Of a stretch of 64,000 bases of DNA, positions 44,601 through 58,458 are shown piece by piece (the stretch's first letter is position 1; each line of letters starts with the position of its first letter). The position numbers were made by a program, and so were the translations under genes. The stretch is taken from positions 16,050,699 to 16,114,698 of the forward strand of contig OZ316894.1 of the NCBI GenBank assembly GCA_973895155.1, given 5' to 3'. The notes beneath the pieces were generated by a model. That model was not told the origin of the DNA. It ran no database searches and was given only the letters and a program-made list of their open reading frames with translations. This stretch comes from Marsupella aquatica (lineage: Eukaryota; Plantae; Marchantiophyta).

Positions 44601-47600
44601 AGCTCTCACCTGCGCGCACACGACAAAATATATTCTCTTCAAAATGCAACGCATCAGAGTTCAAAGACTTCCTGGCACTTCCTACTGAGCAATGCCAAGA
44701 AGCTCGGCAGGTGATGAATTTCATTCTTAGTGATGCACAGAACGGTCCTGAATGGGAGCGCTAGGACATACAGGCACACGTGCGAGTGATTCGAATTGTT
44801 TAACTAGACAATATAAAGCTATTCTTCGATCCTTTAACGTCTGAAAGTACGAGTAAGACTGATACTCTGGGAAGAACGTTAATTTAAGTTTTCTCCTCTA
44901 TTACAAGTCATACTTCGGGATGAAACCTATACCAAAACAGAGGAATTTTTCGGTTTGTATACCAATAGAATTCTGGTCTCGCGCTAGGAGAAAAGGACAG
45001 ATTTTTCTTCACAGAAGGCAACTCACACGTGCAGCGATTGCTTCCTCAGCCTTCGACACTGCTGCCGAAATTGTGTCTTCCGGAATTTCGTTCGACTTCG
45101 GATGCCTTCTGGCAACGTGAAGATCCTGTTACTGGATAACGATAATGAGTAAAGCCAGCTTCTCTACAACTGCTAAAATGTGCATCCTTTGTTGGATCCT
45201 TAAACTTTTCTTGTAACAAAATTCTTTTTCGTTAGACTTCCGCATCTGAAATAGAAACAGAAATCCATGATAAAATCCTTTTGAGAGGCTTGGATTGAAG
45301 AATGAGTACTCACAAGGTAGTAGGCTGACTCGAACAGTTTATCACACAGTGGACAGCATCGAACCTTCACAAGCTCAAAACCAGTAACTCAGTACTGTAA
45401 GTACTCAGTACTCCGTGACTTAGGACGAACAAAGTTGACGAGAAGCAGCTGCTCGTCATGGTCTTACCGTCTGTGCTTCGACGGACTGCTGCGCTTGAAG
45501 TTGTTGCTTGCGCTGAGATTGGTGAAGCTTTTGCTGTCGATGTTGGACTTTGCTTTGAACCCGCAACATAATCTCATAGGTGCGGATGGTCTGTAAGATA
45601 GCAAATTATTGTAAACAGAGCTTAACCATCCCGGAACTTCGCAGCAGGGAAACATGTGTCCTGATTTTACAAAGATTGGCGGTCCTAACTGGAGATTGGA
45701 GATGAGGGTTGTCCGTTTTCTCGAGGGTTATTGTAATCCCTGGAGCAACAATGTCGGCTGCTGAATGAAGGAGAGGGCCAGTAGCTTACAAACCTTCTTT
45801 GCTTGTTTCAAATTGTGCCGCAGCGTAGATAGATCACTGATAAGCTTGGCGTGCTTGAGAGACTGCTTCTCGACGCGGCGTTGCATTTCTCCTCCCGTTG
45901 CCAAGAGAGTGTCTTTGTGTGAAGCAAGTAATTCCTGCACATGAAGCAAGTACTCCACCTGCACGCCGTTCAAATATAGGATTACGCAGATATTTAGCAG
46001 CAGCAGCTGGTTAGTAGAAAGATGCCTGAAGCTTCCATGCGCGCCTTGGCATTTACGGATGGTTGTTCAGTCAGCTCGGAATCGGAACGGATCGCGGATG
46101 TGAAAACATGTATACGTACGCACTTTCGAGTCTCTCATTCGATTACGTGTTCGAAGCATAAGATCTCAAAAGGAGCCAGATGTACTTTCATTGCGCTGGA
46201 CATTTCAGTATTCAAAGACTGAAAGCAAATGTATGTTGATTGCCGTGAAATCGAAATACAGCTAATGGCCTAACCTAGAAGAGAGAGCTTTAGACCAAGA
46301 ATTACCATCAACTGCGCTAGACGAAATACTTTGATGAAGTTAGCTTCACTGAAATTCCGAGTGTCTTCCCCTTGAATGTCTCCAAAGGTTATTGTGTCAA
46401 GCACACTCTCCAGTGCATCAAGATCTGCACATTCAAGGCGAACATTTCATCATTCCAGGCAGGGATCTAATGAGGCAGTCCGCACTAGTTGTTCATACGA
46501 CAATTATTTCTATGCGTTCGATGTACTTGTGTCGGTAACGAAGGCACCTTAGCATGAATCTTTTGAATCACTACTACTACGTATGTTGCTTCAACCTTCA
46601 GGAACTCTGAAAAATATCCTTTCCGTGCATTCTCATTCGAACAAATTCTCTGCTTTTCACAAGAATTCTCCCGTCAAATTCATCGGCTCATGAACTGTTT
46701 TCGAAACTGCTCACAGTGTGCGGCTAAGCTTCCAAATTGAGGGAATGGGGGAGGAATGAGTTTGAGTTCCTTGCGGGCCATAAGTCGGAGAATCTTTTGT
46801 TCAAAACAAAGTCGCAGATGCACAAGATGGCGATTAAGGTTCAGTGTCGTTTTCTAGAGCTATCGTCTACATCAAACAGATTGCTAGAGTTTAAACCCGT
46901 ACATGAAAGCTCAAAAGTAGTGTGCATTGATCTGTACACTCATAGGGCACATGTTGGTTCGTAATAACATGCTCGCTAATCAACGTGGACAGCTCTATCT
47001 AGTCATGATAAATGCTTTTGCACGATGTCCACCACAGTTCCCCGTTTTTCCTGTCCGCGACGATAAGGCTCCGATATTTATCCAATTCGCTGCATCCATT
47101 TCTCCTTCTTTCAGCCACAATCAACGAGGCGCTTATCTCTGGCCTATCCCTCCTTCGTTGAGGATAATGAATTTACCTGACACTTCAACGGTACTGTAGA
47201 TCTTACACCAGCTCATTCGGTCAGTCTTACTCTCTAGTACTGTACTCTACCAGATGCTCTCGATCGGGTAGCCTTTGTTCATTTTCCCATCGTTCTGCAC
47301 ATTTAACATCATTTCCTCCATCCATCGAATCGTGTTTGTTTGAGTTTACTCTTCAGATTTGGCGCCCACATCATCAGCTGCCCCACTCAGATTCGAACGA
47401 TTTAGGAATGAAATTCTTGGATAAAGACTTAGGAAGGGCGATTCTCAGATCAGAGAGCATTGTTTGAGTTTCGTGATCGGCGGCAGTGTTCAGGACATAT
47501 GTTTCAATTGCTCCTTATAACAGGACGGAATTAAGATCTTCGACTGACCATCGCTTTTGGAGTAACAAAACATTCAATCAATCACGAGCTGTCTCACTTA

Positions 47601-48377
47601 CGGTCCGCATGACCAATTCCCCAGAAACGAATGTCTCTTGACCAAAGCTGCAGGCCATAGCTGTTTGGAAACCTGGTTTCCGAATGGTAGAGAACTTGAT
47701 CAGACGATTAAGTCGAGATTCCTAACTCTTCATTTCAGTTACTGGACATGTAGTAAACTTGGCAATCCTGATCGAAATATCCAGTCTCCGATACCTCCTG
47801 CCAGCAAGTTTCCTTTCATTTCCTCCTTGGTGAGTCAGTTTGTGCATCATGGCTCGATTGCCTCCCTGGCAGTTCTTTAAATTCCATTAGTTCATTAGTT
47901 ATCTAACGAATCGTATAAAAGATCGAACTCACCAACTTCGCGAATGACTCTATCCACGTCAATCGTGTGCAATTTGCGCCAGTCAATTCTGGAAAGTCTC
48001 TTTTGGAAGACAAATGGCGCGGCGTTCAAGGATTTCAGAATTTTGGCAAAGTTTGGGGGCTTCTTCGCATTAGTCCTCTTGGTAAACTTCATCTCCTGAA
48101 GTTTTGCATTGGTGATGCTCTCGCTGCCTGAAGTGGAGGACACGGCAGTGGGCAAGTCGCTACTTTCGTCATCCTCTCCGTCCTCTGCGGCAGTTGCACC
48201 GGTGCTAGTGACAGAAGATTCTTGCCTCTTTTCGCGCTTCTTACGCGATTTCTCCAAATCCTTCTTTCGTTTTCCAGTGATGCGACCAACGGGTTTAATT
48301 TCCCCATGTTTGTCCTGCTTTTCCGTCAGCACAGCGTCCGAAAAGAAATCACAACATCCTGTTACTGCTTCGTCCAT
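35632..48377 (-). CDS. DZIP1: DZIP1/DZIP1L (Iguana)-like cilium/basal-body zinc-finger coiled-coil protein, about 20 or more exons
   Basis: Exon 48377-~47933 ends PFVFQKRLSRIDWRKLHTIDVDRVIREV. Exon ~46426-46307 reads DLDALESVLDTITFGDIQGEDTRNFSEANFIKVFRLAQLM and exon ~45958-45794 begins VEYLLHVQ; together these form the Dzip-like_N domain. A split C2H2 finger CPLCDKLFESAYYL|DLHVARRHP lies at ~45370-45100, followed by coiled-coil and S/P-rich exons. The last exon ~35780-35632 joins in phase and ends ELDAEIDEIIRL*. The 3' half exon structure is approximate. Confidence 0.8.
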
Positions 48378-50129
48378 TGCGAATGCTTCCAGCGGTAGAC
48401 TCGAGTAGAACTGGAAGCAAACACAGAAAACAGAGTAGATTGTCGTACTCCAATCTGTTGTGCGCTCACGCCCAGCCGTCAGTGAGCTGGTGCTCGCTAG
48501 AAATCTTATCAATCAAAGATGTACTGTAGTTGGTATGAGAGTCTTGCTCGCCAGTGAATAAGAAAACACCTTGGCCACCAACTCCTTGAATGGCTGGAGT
48601 TCCAATCACTGACTCGTTTCCAGGTTCGTGAACGCGTCAACAACACTGGCTCTGACTGACTCTTGCTATTGCCTTACTGCTGTACCGACTTAAAAGCGTG
48701 CTGAAACATAGGCGGGGAGCGGAAATTGTTCCAGTGGAACAGTTCAGCAGTTCTGAAATTAGGTAGAATGACGAAGAATCTAAGATCTTTGTTCATATAT
48801 AATTACCACAGAATGATCGAAAGGACGTCATGTAAACCATAAACAAAGAACAAACTGATATTCCCGACAGATCAAAGAAAGGGACGTCGTGCACACCACC
48901 GAATAAGATGGCGCCCTAATAATCAGGAAGTTGCTCTCGTTACCGATTCGGTTTGGTGCCCGGCAGTGAAGACTGTGCAGTTGCTCCCTGGCTGTTTTGC
49001 ATGGGTTAGTTAGAGTTGGGGGTACGACCACCTCTCCTGCCCCTCTTGGAGTTGGGCCCAACAAGAGAGCAGCATTAGAGTTTTCCGTAAACTCTGGGTT
49101 CACGTATGACGCACCGGCACTTCCCAGTGTTATAATTGGGACATTGTCTGTGCCAGTCTACCCTTAGGCTTGCATTTTGACTGGTAGGCCTGTTGCACAG
49201 ATTGATACACACGAGCGATGGATTGATGTCGGCCTGCTGCGCGCTTGAGTGCACCATAGTGGACTGCTCCAGAGGAGGACATTTTTCTAAAGCGTGATTG
49301 AAAAATGAATGCTCTTCAATCAGTCAGCCAAAAACTGCAAAGAAACTTTCAGGCGCATTTCATCCCCGCTCACCTCATTCCCGTCCTACGGACAATTCTC
49401 ATATCCACGGCCAAATCTTAGACTGCCTTGAAAGAGTTCTGGCCAGGAAGAAAGGAAAAATCACCCGGTGGATAGTTTCTCCTTGTGTCCTTTGCTCAAC
49501 TCTGTCCCATGCCCTTCGTTCCCGTGCCCGTTGTTGGAGATTTTGTGGTCTCTACGACATATATTCGTCATCTCACGATCAGGAAGAGGAGAATGGAAAC
49601 AAATCCACTCATGTGGTTCATCTTCACTGTCATCGACATAATCTCATTCAAAATATGATTCATCTTCCTCCTTTTCTTCATCGAAATCTTCGTCTATGAC
49701 ATCGCCTTCATCTTTCTTCATAAACATCATTGTGCATCTCTCGGTATTCGACTTCATCTTCATCATCTTCTTTTCTCTCCACAACTTTTGCATCGATTCG
49801 ACCATCAGATTAGTCATACCCGAGGAAGACGCACCGACCGGCACTGGCAGGTGACGAAGCCGTGAATTTGTTGAGAAAACGAGGAGGACATCGAACCACT
49901 TTCCACAATTGTCGCGACGTCAGATTAAACTTCAGCACAAGTAGAGTCCACATAGGGGGGGTCACCTTCCTGCACCACTATCATCAGGTTTGAATTGCAA
50001 ATTACTAAATCGACACAAATAAGTACGGTCTCTGTCAATCTGACTTTTCCCCAAATTCCCGTCATAGGGAGAAGACAGCCCATGCGGGCTTCTCAGACCA
50101 TACAGATAACTCCATGGAAGAATGCATCG

Positions 50130-50900
50130 GAGGTAATAAGACCTATGAAGTAACCTCTCATACTGCGAAGCTGCTTGCTACTCCAAGCAGCTGACTTAGA
50201 ATCTTATATCTGTGCAGAGTACCCATTGCAGACGCCGTTGTGACTATGATGATCTCAGCAAATACAACCACCATGTACGTCTCTAGTGACGGATTGATGT
50301 CCAGTACTTCACGATATGCATAAGCTATTGGGACGAGGTGGCCAACAATTTTCAGCTTCTAGTCAGATGTTGGCCATATCCAGCTCCTTCGACATATTGA
50401 GCTCGTGAGGCATTGGATTTTGATGATCATACATGCCACAGAGTTGTTGTCTAACCTCGCTTTGGCAGCTCCTTGCCCTGACCCGGGAACGAAACTCCGG
50501 TTCGCAAGATGCTAACAAGAGCGGTCCGACTATCTGCTGATTTGACTTTGTCCCCGAGGGAAAGTTCCGCAGAGATGGAATTCTTTGCCAAGTTTGAGAT
50601 GCCGTGCTGTAAGCAATCTGGTCAATAGAGATTGCACTCCCTTCTGTGCTGCATCATGTATGGATGAGGCTTTGCGAGAAACGGGATAGCCATCATTTTG
50701 ATAGGCCTCGAGCTTTGAAATGTAGGGAATTTGCACCTTTGTTCTAATAATCCTGTCCACCAGCTCGCCCGGTAAACTCTTGCACGTATCTCCCTCCGTT
50801 TTTCTCAGCCGACTGAGGCAGAAGTATCAGCCTATCAATCCTCTCAGCAACTTCATCAATGTTCGTCGCATTTTCTCTCCTGAAAGATCTCCTTCGGTAA
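50130..50900 (-). pseudogene. Possible decayed F-box gene fragment
   Basis: Minus-strand CKSLPGELVDRIIRTKVQIPYISK near 50780-50715 resembles an F-box LP.EL...I motif. Surrounding frames are broken. Confidence 0.3.
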
Positions 50901-51054
50901 CAAATCGATATACAGATACCAAATCAATTACTTGCGTTCCCAGTATGCCACGGCCATTGACCAAAACCTGTAACTAAGACTTTGAATTTACATCATCACA
51001 AATAGACTTTGAATTTACGTGATCACAACTTCCCATCATCCAAAATAGAAAGAA

Positions 51055-51496
51055 CATGCCCGTGCCCGTCACTGTGTATTATTAGAATGTTATTGTGATC
51101 ATTTGTCAAGGTAATAGACTTGGGCGACATGCCAATCACTCTGTATTAGTAGAATGTGATTGTGTGTATTATTAGAATGTTATTGTGACCATTTGTCAAG
51201 GTATTAGTAGAATGTGATTGTGTGTATTGTTAGAATGTTATTGTGACCATTTGTCAAGGTAATAGACTTGGGCGACATGCCAATCACTCTGTATTAGTAG
51301 AATGTGATTCTGTATTAGTAGAATGTGATTGTGACCATTTGTCAAGGTAATAGACTTGGACTTGTGCAACAGGGACAGAAAAGACATGCCAATCACTCTA
51401 TATTATTAGAATGTGACCATGTTAATAGGCTTGGGCTCAGAATGTGACCACGTTAATAGGCTTGGGCGAATGTGACCATGTTAATAGGCTTGGGCT
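51055..51496. repeat. Complex shuffled tandem repeat
   Basis: Modules GTATTA(T/G)TAGAATGT(T/G)ATTGTG, ACCATTTGTCAAGGTAATAGACTTGG and ACATGCCAATCACTCT recur in varying order, followed by 3x GAATGTGACCA.GTTAATAGGCTTGGGC. Confidence 0.9.
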
Positions 51497-53177
51497 TGTC
51501 GGAGAGGGACATGCCAAACCCACTTCACTTCATTCAACATTAGTATCTTCTACACGAATGAGCTTCGGAAGGTCTTCAGTTTCTCTTTGGCAGTTGATGA
51601 TAGTCGTCCTAAAAAGTGGCTTTCAAACTTTCCATTGATGTAAAGACATTTTCCAGAATTCTCATGATCCGGTTGGAATGTTCAATGTGGAGACATTGTC
51701 AGAGCAACTCTCGGTACAGCATTTCTTCTTTATGTAGGAATCAGTGGAACTACAGAAATCCGAGAAGATGAGAAACAAATGTATCGCATCCCTTCCACCG
51801 ACGGGCTCCTCCTTCATGAAAAGAAGACGATTACGACGTTCCAAATTGTAGTAAAGAATACAAATCGGCACGGATCCTCTGCTGTCACCGTGAAATTGCT
51901 CTAACAGCTATCAGGCACACATTCAGAAAGGTCCTCAATTCGAAAGAAGACAATTATTCACAATTATTCCAAAACATGCTGCAAACACACCCGCCAAGGT
52001 TCCTGAAGTCGACAGAAAGAAATTTCCTCTCCATATTGATGTGTGGTGCTGCAGATAATTCATCGAAAACGAACCTATCGACCACTACACTCTCAACCGA
52101 CGCAAATCGCAGAGATTCACGATGTACGATACGAAGGCCATCTCGAAAAAGCTCTTATGAGAAGCTGGGGACGGTAGGGTCCCGGAACCTGCGGAAATCC
52201 AATGTCGAGATTGTCTCCTACGAAATGATATCCGAAAGAAATTGACCAGAAGAACTTTAAAGAAGCTGCAGGGAACTCCTTCACGCATCTCCGTAACAAG
52301 AGTAGATCGTAGCCAGAATCCACAGATGATGACAGGGACATAGAGGATCTGAGGCACGAATTCGGGAAGGAAGCGAACAGGAACGTCTTAAGTGCAGTTC
52401 GGTGGCAGCAAGAAAGAGCAGAATCCAAGCCTTGGAAAGACAGTGACAACCAACCTGAGAGGACGAACTTAACATGAAGCCAACCATAGCTCAGGAGCTT
52501 CCTCCCAAGCAATCATTAGGACGAAGCTAAGGAACTTAACATGAGACTAACTATAGCTCAGGAACTTCTCACCAAACAATCAAATGATCCTTAAGAACGA
52601 AGCTCAGGAATATCGACCGACTGCCCCATTGACAACACACTTTGGGCGAAACATTTCAACTCACCAAGAGCTTGATTATAGCGTATGTAGACAGTTGGCC
52701 TCAATGACGAAGAGAAAATATCAGGTATAGTACTGCGAAGCAGCTTTGAGTAACCCAGGCCCGCTAGCCAGCCACCCGGTAAATTCATTCAAGCAAGATC
52801 AGAGGCTCACATCCAGATCAACCTATGGTCATGAAAGATGATATCTGTGGAGCCCCTGTTATTACAGGACTCACATATGTTCCAACGGCTGTCCGAACTC
52901 CCTCGAGTCACTCGAAAAGGTTATGAAATATACAACGGCAATGACCTCGTCTAGTCTTTCTGCTCGTAATGAATAAAAAGCAACGCAAAAGAAAGAACAA
53001 CAACTCATCGATGCCCTATTCGCTATTATGCACCATTCAAACCCCGACTAAAGCTCCAGGAGTCTGCCTGCCTAGCCCTCCCGGCGCTCTTCGTCGTCGG
53101 AGTCTGAAATATCTGACAAATCTCGCAATCTAGTCTCCTTCCCCAGAGAGCGACGGAAACGGAGCGAGAGAGAGAGA

Positions 53178-53678
53178 TCAGCCTCGTGATTGCCCGGCTC
53201 GGGAGGATAGAATGATTCCCACAATCAGCCCGTACAAAGCAAGCGCCTCAGCAAAAATGAGAATGAGAATCATGCCAACATAGAGCTTGGGTTGTTGAGC
53301 ATTAGCTCGCACTCCGGCATCACCCACGATTCCAATCGCCATACCAGCTGACAGACCAGCGAGGCCACAAGCCAATCCAGAGGCCAGATGGGCATACCCG
53401 TCGAACACGTAATAGGGTTTGGCTTTAGGGTTGATTCCAGTGCTGATAATCACAGCGATAATAAGTCCGTAAATACCCAACACTCCAGCCATAACCACTG
53501 GTACGATAGACTTCATCACGAGCTCGGGTCTCATCACTCCCATGCTAGCCACACCCACACCACTCTTGGCCGTGCCATAAGCGGCTCCCATGCACGAAAA
53601 CACCAGAGCAGCAGCGGCTCCAATGAAGCCGAAAAACGGTGCCGTCTCATCTCCGGCAAACGCTTCCCCGGAAGACAT
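53178..53678 (-). CDS. VHA-c: V-type H+-ATPase 16 kDa proteolipid subunit c, intronless
   Basis: 166 aa sequence closely matching plant VHA-c ([36 protein letters not shown]...[15 protein letters not shown]), with the catalytic Glu intact. Confidence 0.98.
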   Translation of the reverse strand: MSSGEAFAGDETAPFFGFIGAAAALVFSCMGAAYGTAKSGVGVASMGVMRPELVMKSIVPVVMAGVLGIYGLIIAVIISTGINPKAKPYYVFDGYAHLASGLACGLAGLSAGMAIGIVGDAGVRANAQQPKLYVGMILILIFAEALALYGLIVGIILSSRAGQSRG

Positions 53679-54909
53679 GGTTCCTCACCTCTTTTCCTTT
53701 CTCCTCCGATCGGAAATCGATCAGCTGCGACTGCACTCAACGCAAAGGTCAGATCCGCGTGAATCCCTGATCGAAATTCCTTCCGTCCTCCCTTCCTCCA
53801 CTCCACAGCCCAAATTCGTCTTCTGCCCTTCAAACTTCACGAATCACTTGACTGATAACAGTTCTTCAACAGCGCAGAGGTCGATGAATAGATCGTTGAG
53901 ACGCGAACAACAAATTGGCTCTGACCAAACCAAATAACAACAACAACAACGACGACGAGGACAACTATGGAGAAATGTGGAGACGAAGGGTACACACGAG
54001 AAGGGCTACTAGTGCAATGGCTTGAGAGGACCGGCAAGGGCCAGGGCAAGCAAGGGATGAGGCGAAAAGCGGACACGAAGACCAAGCAGCGTAAACTAGA
54101 GGGCTGATAGGGACGATCAGGTTCGCAAATTGAAGCCTCGATGGACCTCCACGTTTGCCCAGACGTTCGGATGGACTTTTGTAACCGGGATGGACGTCAG
54201 CTAAACTCTCTTATCTGCTCACATGATACACTAGGGGGACTCAAATATAGCCCGCAAGGTGTCCTAAGGCAGACAGTGTCTAGTCTGTACACTAAAGTCG
54301 CGGAATTTCTTCTTTTCCAATGGGCAGTTCCCCCCCCCCCCCCATAACAGCCTGGCTGTTGAGAGACTGAAAAAAAAAATTCAGCTCTAAAACTCTTGAA
54401 GTCATCAACAGGTCACATAGCCAACCAAGACCCTATCCCCTGAAGAGCAAAATGGATGAATATTTTAGACCCCCTACTAAACACTATAGAGTGAAATGTG
54501 ATTAAAAAATAATAATTAATTTAAAAAAGTGTGAAATGTGATGGAAATTAGTAACTCTCAATCTAACTAATAGACCCAGGGCCTATTGACTAGTGTGAGT
54601 CCCCTAGTAGGCCTGACTCTAACTCAGGGCATAACTGAAAGTGAATGTGTAATCACAAAAAGTGGGGTGCAAACAAAAAACAGGGATGGGGGCAAAGATG
54701 AAGAGTAAACAACATATAATCCTTTTTCCTCCAAGGTTTTTTTTCCTCCTCATCTCAATTTACTTTCAAGGAAAGAGTAATCAATTTGTGTTTAATGAAG
54801 GTTCACTATATTAGATTAGTTGGAAAGATTTTTCCAAGCAGCTTCTAGAACAAAACCAAGAACAGCCCACACCAGTGCACATTCAGGGAGAAATTGAAAT
54901 TTCTGAAGG

Positions 54910-55251
54910 TGTTGAGCATAGACGACATTTGTAACAGCAAGCCCATGAACCATCCAACGCACAATAGTCGACACAGAGAGATACGTGGTGCACCTCCACA
55001 TGAGGCTACGTCCACGGGAACACACAAGCTTTACTGCACTCTAGACCAACCGGCCATACCAAGCATCCACAGCACAAGCTCTCCCTATCTCTCAACTAGC
55101 CCCGTAACAATGAGCCTAAGTTCCACCAAGGTCTGGCATCAGCCCTGGCTTTATGCACAACAGCACTACCGTTAACATTAGCTAAGTCCTAACCCGAGTT
55201 AGACTAACTGTGGTTAGCTCATGAGTCACAAGACTAGAGCAATATTTAACA
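54910..55251 (-). repeat. 3' LTR of the Copia element (342 bp)
   Basis: On the minus strand TGTTAAA...CTCAACA directly follows the PPT. Boundaries are confirmed by the solo copy at 24964-25307. Confidence 0.95.
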
Positions 55252-58200
55252 AACTCCCCCTTGACTCTTGTCTTGGGGATTGGACTAAATGTTACCATAT
55301 GGAATCCTCAGCGGGAAGTTCTAGACAATCACCAAACCAGGTCTCCCTCTAAAAACCAAAAGGGTTAACTAAGGGTTAACTAGAACTAAGCCGTATTCAA
55401 ACAGGAATGAGTAATTCATATACAAATAGTCACACATTGCTAAATAACTCTACTTGCGCTACAACTGCAAAACCTACAAAGTAGCACGGTGTCTTGAGAA
55501 ACTCTCCAAAGGAATCACTTTGGTAAAGGCATCAGCGGGATTGAGCTTTCCATCAATCTTGACTAGCTCAAAAGTTTTATCAGACACTACTTGCTTGATA
55601 AAATGGTACCTGATATCAATGTGCTTCACCTTGCTATCCATCATCTGGTTAGCAGCCAAGTGAAGAGCACTCTGACTATCACAGTTTAGAGTCATTTTGG
55701 CATGCTCTTAATCCATCTCCGCGATCAACTTATCTAACCAAAAAGCTTATTTTGTTGCTTCTGTTGCTGCAACATACTCTGCTTCTGTAGTAGATTGAGA
55801 TATACACTTTTGCAAGGTAGATTTCCAATTGATACATTCTCCTCCAAGAGTAAATACAAACCCAGTTGTAGACCTTCTTGTATCCAGACAGCCTCCATAG
55901 TCAGAATCTACATAGCCAACTAACGTTCTATCTGATCTGGCATCAAATAGTAATCCATAGTCCTGTGTTCCCTTCAGATACCTGAGAATCCATTTCACAG
56001 CTTCCCAATGTACCTTCCTTGGATTTGACATGAATTTGCTAACCTTGCCCATCGCTAGGGCCAAGTCAGGCCTAGTACAAGTCATCAAATACATCAGACT
56101 GCCAACTGCCTTCTCATAAAGAATCTTAGCCATCAGACCTTTCTCCACAGCATCCGTAGGAGAGAAAGCCGATGATAACTTGAAATGTGAAGCCAAAGGA
56201 ATACTCACCGGCTTATAGTTTTCCATGTTGAATCGTGCAAGTACTTTCCTTGCATACTGGTCTTGACTCAAGCACAACTGTCTAGTATCAGAGTTCCTCA
56301 AAATCTCCATCCCTAAGATCCTCTTAGCCTTACCAAGATCCTTCATCCTGAATTCAACACTCAATTTTGCCTTGAGACTGTTAACCTCAGATTGATCTTT
56401 AGCCACAATTAGCATGTCATCCACATAAATAACCAGAATGATGAAACCAAATACATCATTCTTGACTGATTTCATATATACACAAGGACCATACACCATC
56501 CTTGTAAAACCTTGAGCAAACATGAAATCATCAAACCGCTTGTTCCACTGTCTGGAGATTGCTTCAATCCATACAAGGACTTGAACAATCTGCAAACTAA
56601 GTTCTCTTGGCCCTTCTTCATAAAGCCTAGTGGCTGTCTCATGAAGATCAACTCTTTCAAGTTGCCATAGAGAAAAGCAGTAACAACATCCATCTGATCC
56701 ATCACCAGACCAAAAAACACAACAAGCTGACACAAGATCTGAATTGTGGAATACTTAGCCACCGGTGAAAAGACCTCATTGTAGTCCACTCTTTTCTCCT
56801 AAGTGAACCCCTTGGCAACAAGCTTTGCCTTGTAGATCTTTTTTCCACCCTCTGAAGGACTGTCCTTCAACTTGTAAATCCACTTGCTGTCCACCACTTG
56901 CTGACCTCTTGGAAGCTCCACCAGTTCCCATGTCTTGTTGTCACTCAAAGATTGCAACTCCCTCTACACTGTTGCATTCCACTCATGCTTCTACTATGAA
57001 GCACAAGCCTCACTGTACGAAGAAGGCTCTCCTTCTTCCAATATCAAAACCATGTCATCTTCATCAGGTGCAATGTCAATATCATCTAGCTTAGATGAGT
57101 CTGCCCATTGACCATACCTGGTAGGAGCTCTAGTAGAACAACTGGAAGTTCTTCTAGTAGATGACTCAGGCTGATCAGCTGCTGCTGCTGGCTGAATTTG
57201 AGGTACCCCAGCAACAATCTGCTCCTCTTGTTCCATCACAGGAACCAGCTCCAAGCCCGGAGCTTCTCCATCTCTCTTGTCATGAATTGCATCATGACTA
57301 ATCTCCCCCTCAACCCGGTCCGGGATGGGAGTTTCCCCTTGTCAGTATGGGAGTCCTGAGAACTCTCCCCCTCTTTGGATGATCTGGATTCATTAAAGGA
57401 CACATCTCTACTGATAATTAGCTTACAGGTTACTAGATCCCATAACCTATAACCCTTCACACCTTTCTGATAGCCAAGGAAAATGCACTTCTTCGACTTG
57501 GACTCCAACTTGGATCGAAGCTGGGAAGGTGTAAGCACATAAGCATCACATCCAAAAATCCTCAGATGTGAGTAATCTGCTGGACGCCCATACCTAATTT
57601 CAAATGGCGTCTTGAATCCAATAGAATTGGATGGAGAAAAATTTACCAAATAAACTACAATGTTGACAGCTTCAGCCCAAAACTCATGTGGTAAGCATGA
57701 TTGACTCAACATACTCCTCGAGCGGTCCAATAGTGTTCGGTTGAGTCTCTCAGAAACACCATTTTGTTGAGGAGTATAACTTGTTGTGAGATGGCGGGTA
57801 ATCCCCTGCTCCTTACAATATGTTCCAAATGCCATGGAACTGTATTCAACACCGTTATCCGATCGAAGATATCTCACCTTATTACCAATCTAATTCTCTA
57901 CTTGGGCTTTCCACTCCTTAAAAGTGGCAAAAACATCAGACTTATTGTGTAGAAAGTATATCCACACATACCTTGAGTAATCGTCTATGAACGTGACATA
58001 GTATAACCGTCCAGAATGTGAGGGAGTAGGGGCTGGACCCCACACATCACTATGTACATACTCAAGTACCTCCTTGCTGGTGTGAGTTCCAACTTCGAAG
58101 GGTTTCCTGTGCTGCTTCCCTAGCACATAGTGCTCACAAAATTCCAACTTACAAGATAGCAAATTAGAAAGTAATCCTTTCTTTTGAAGAATAGCCAAAC

Positions 58201-58458
58201 CTTTTTCACTCATGTGACCCAAACGGAAGTGCCATAGCCAAGCCGTCTCCTCATGAGATAAGGTTACATTGGCTTCATCACAGACTACACTGCCCTCCAA
58301 AACGTATAGATTGCTATGTCTCTTTCCCTTCAAGACAACTTTAGTACCAGTTGAAACCTGAAGGACACCATTAGCAGAAATCCACTGATGGCCATTTGCT
58401 TCTAAAACTCCAAGTGAAATGAGATTTTTCATCATGCTGGGAATGTGTCTCACATTCC

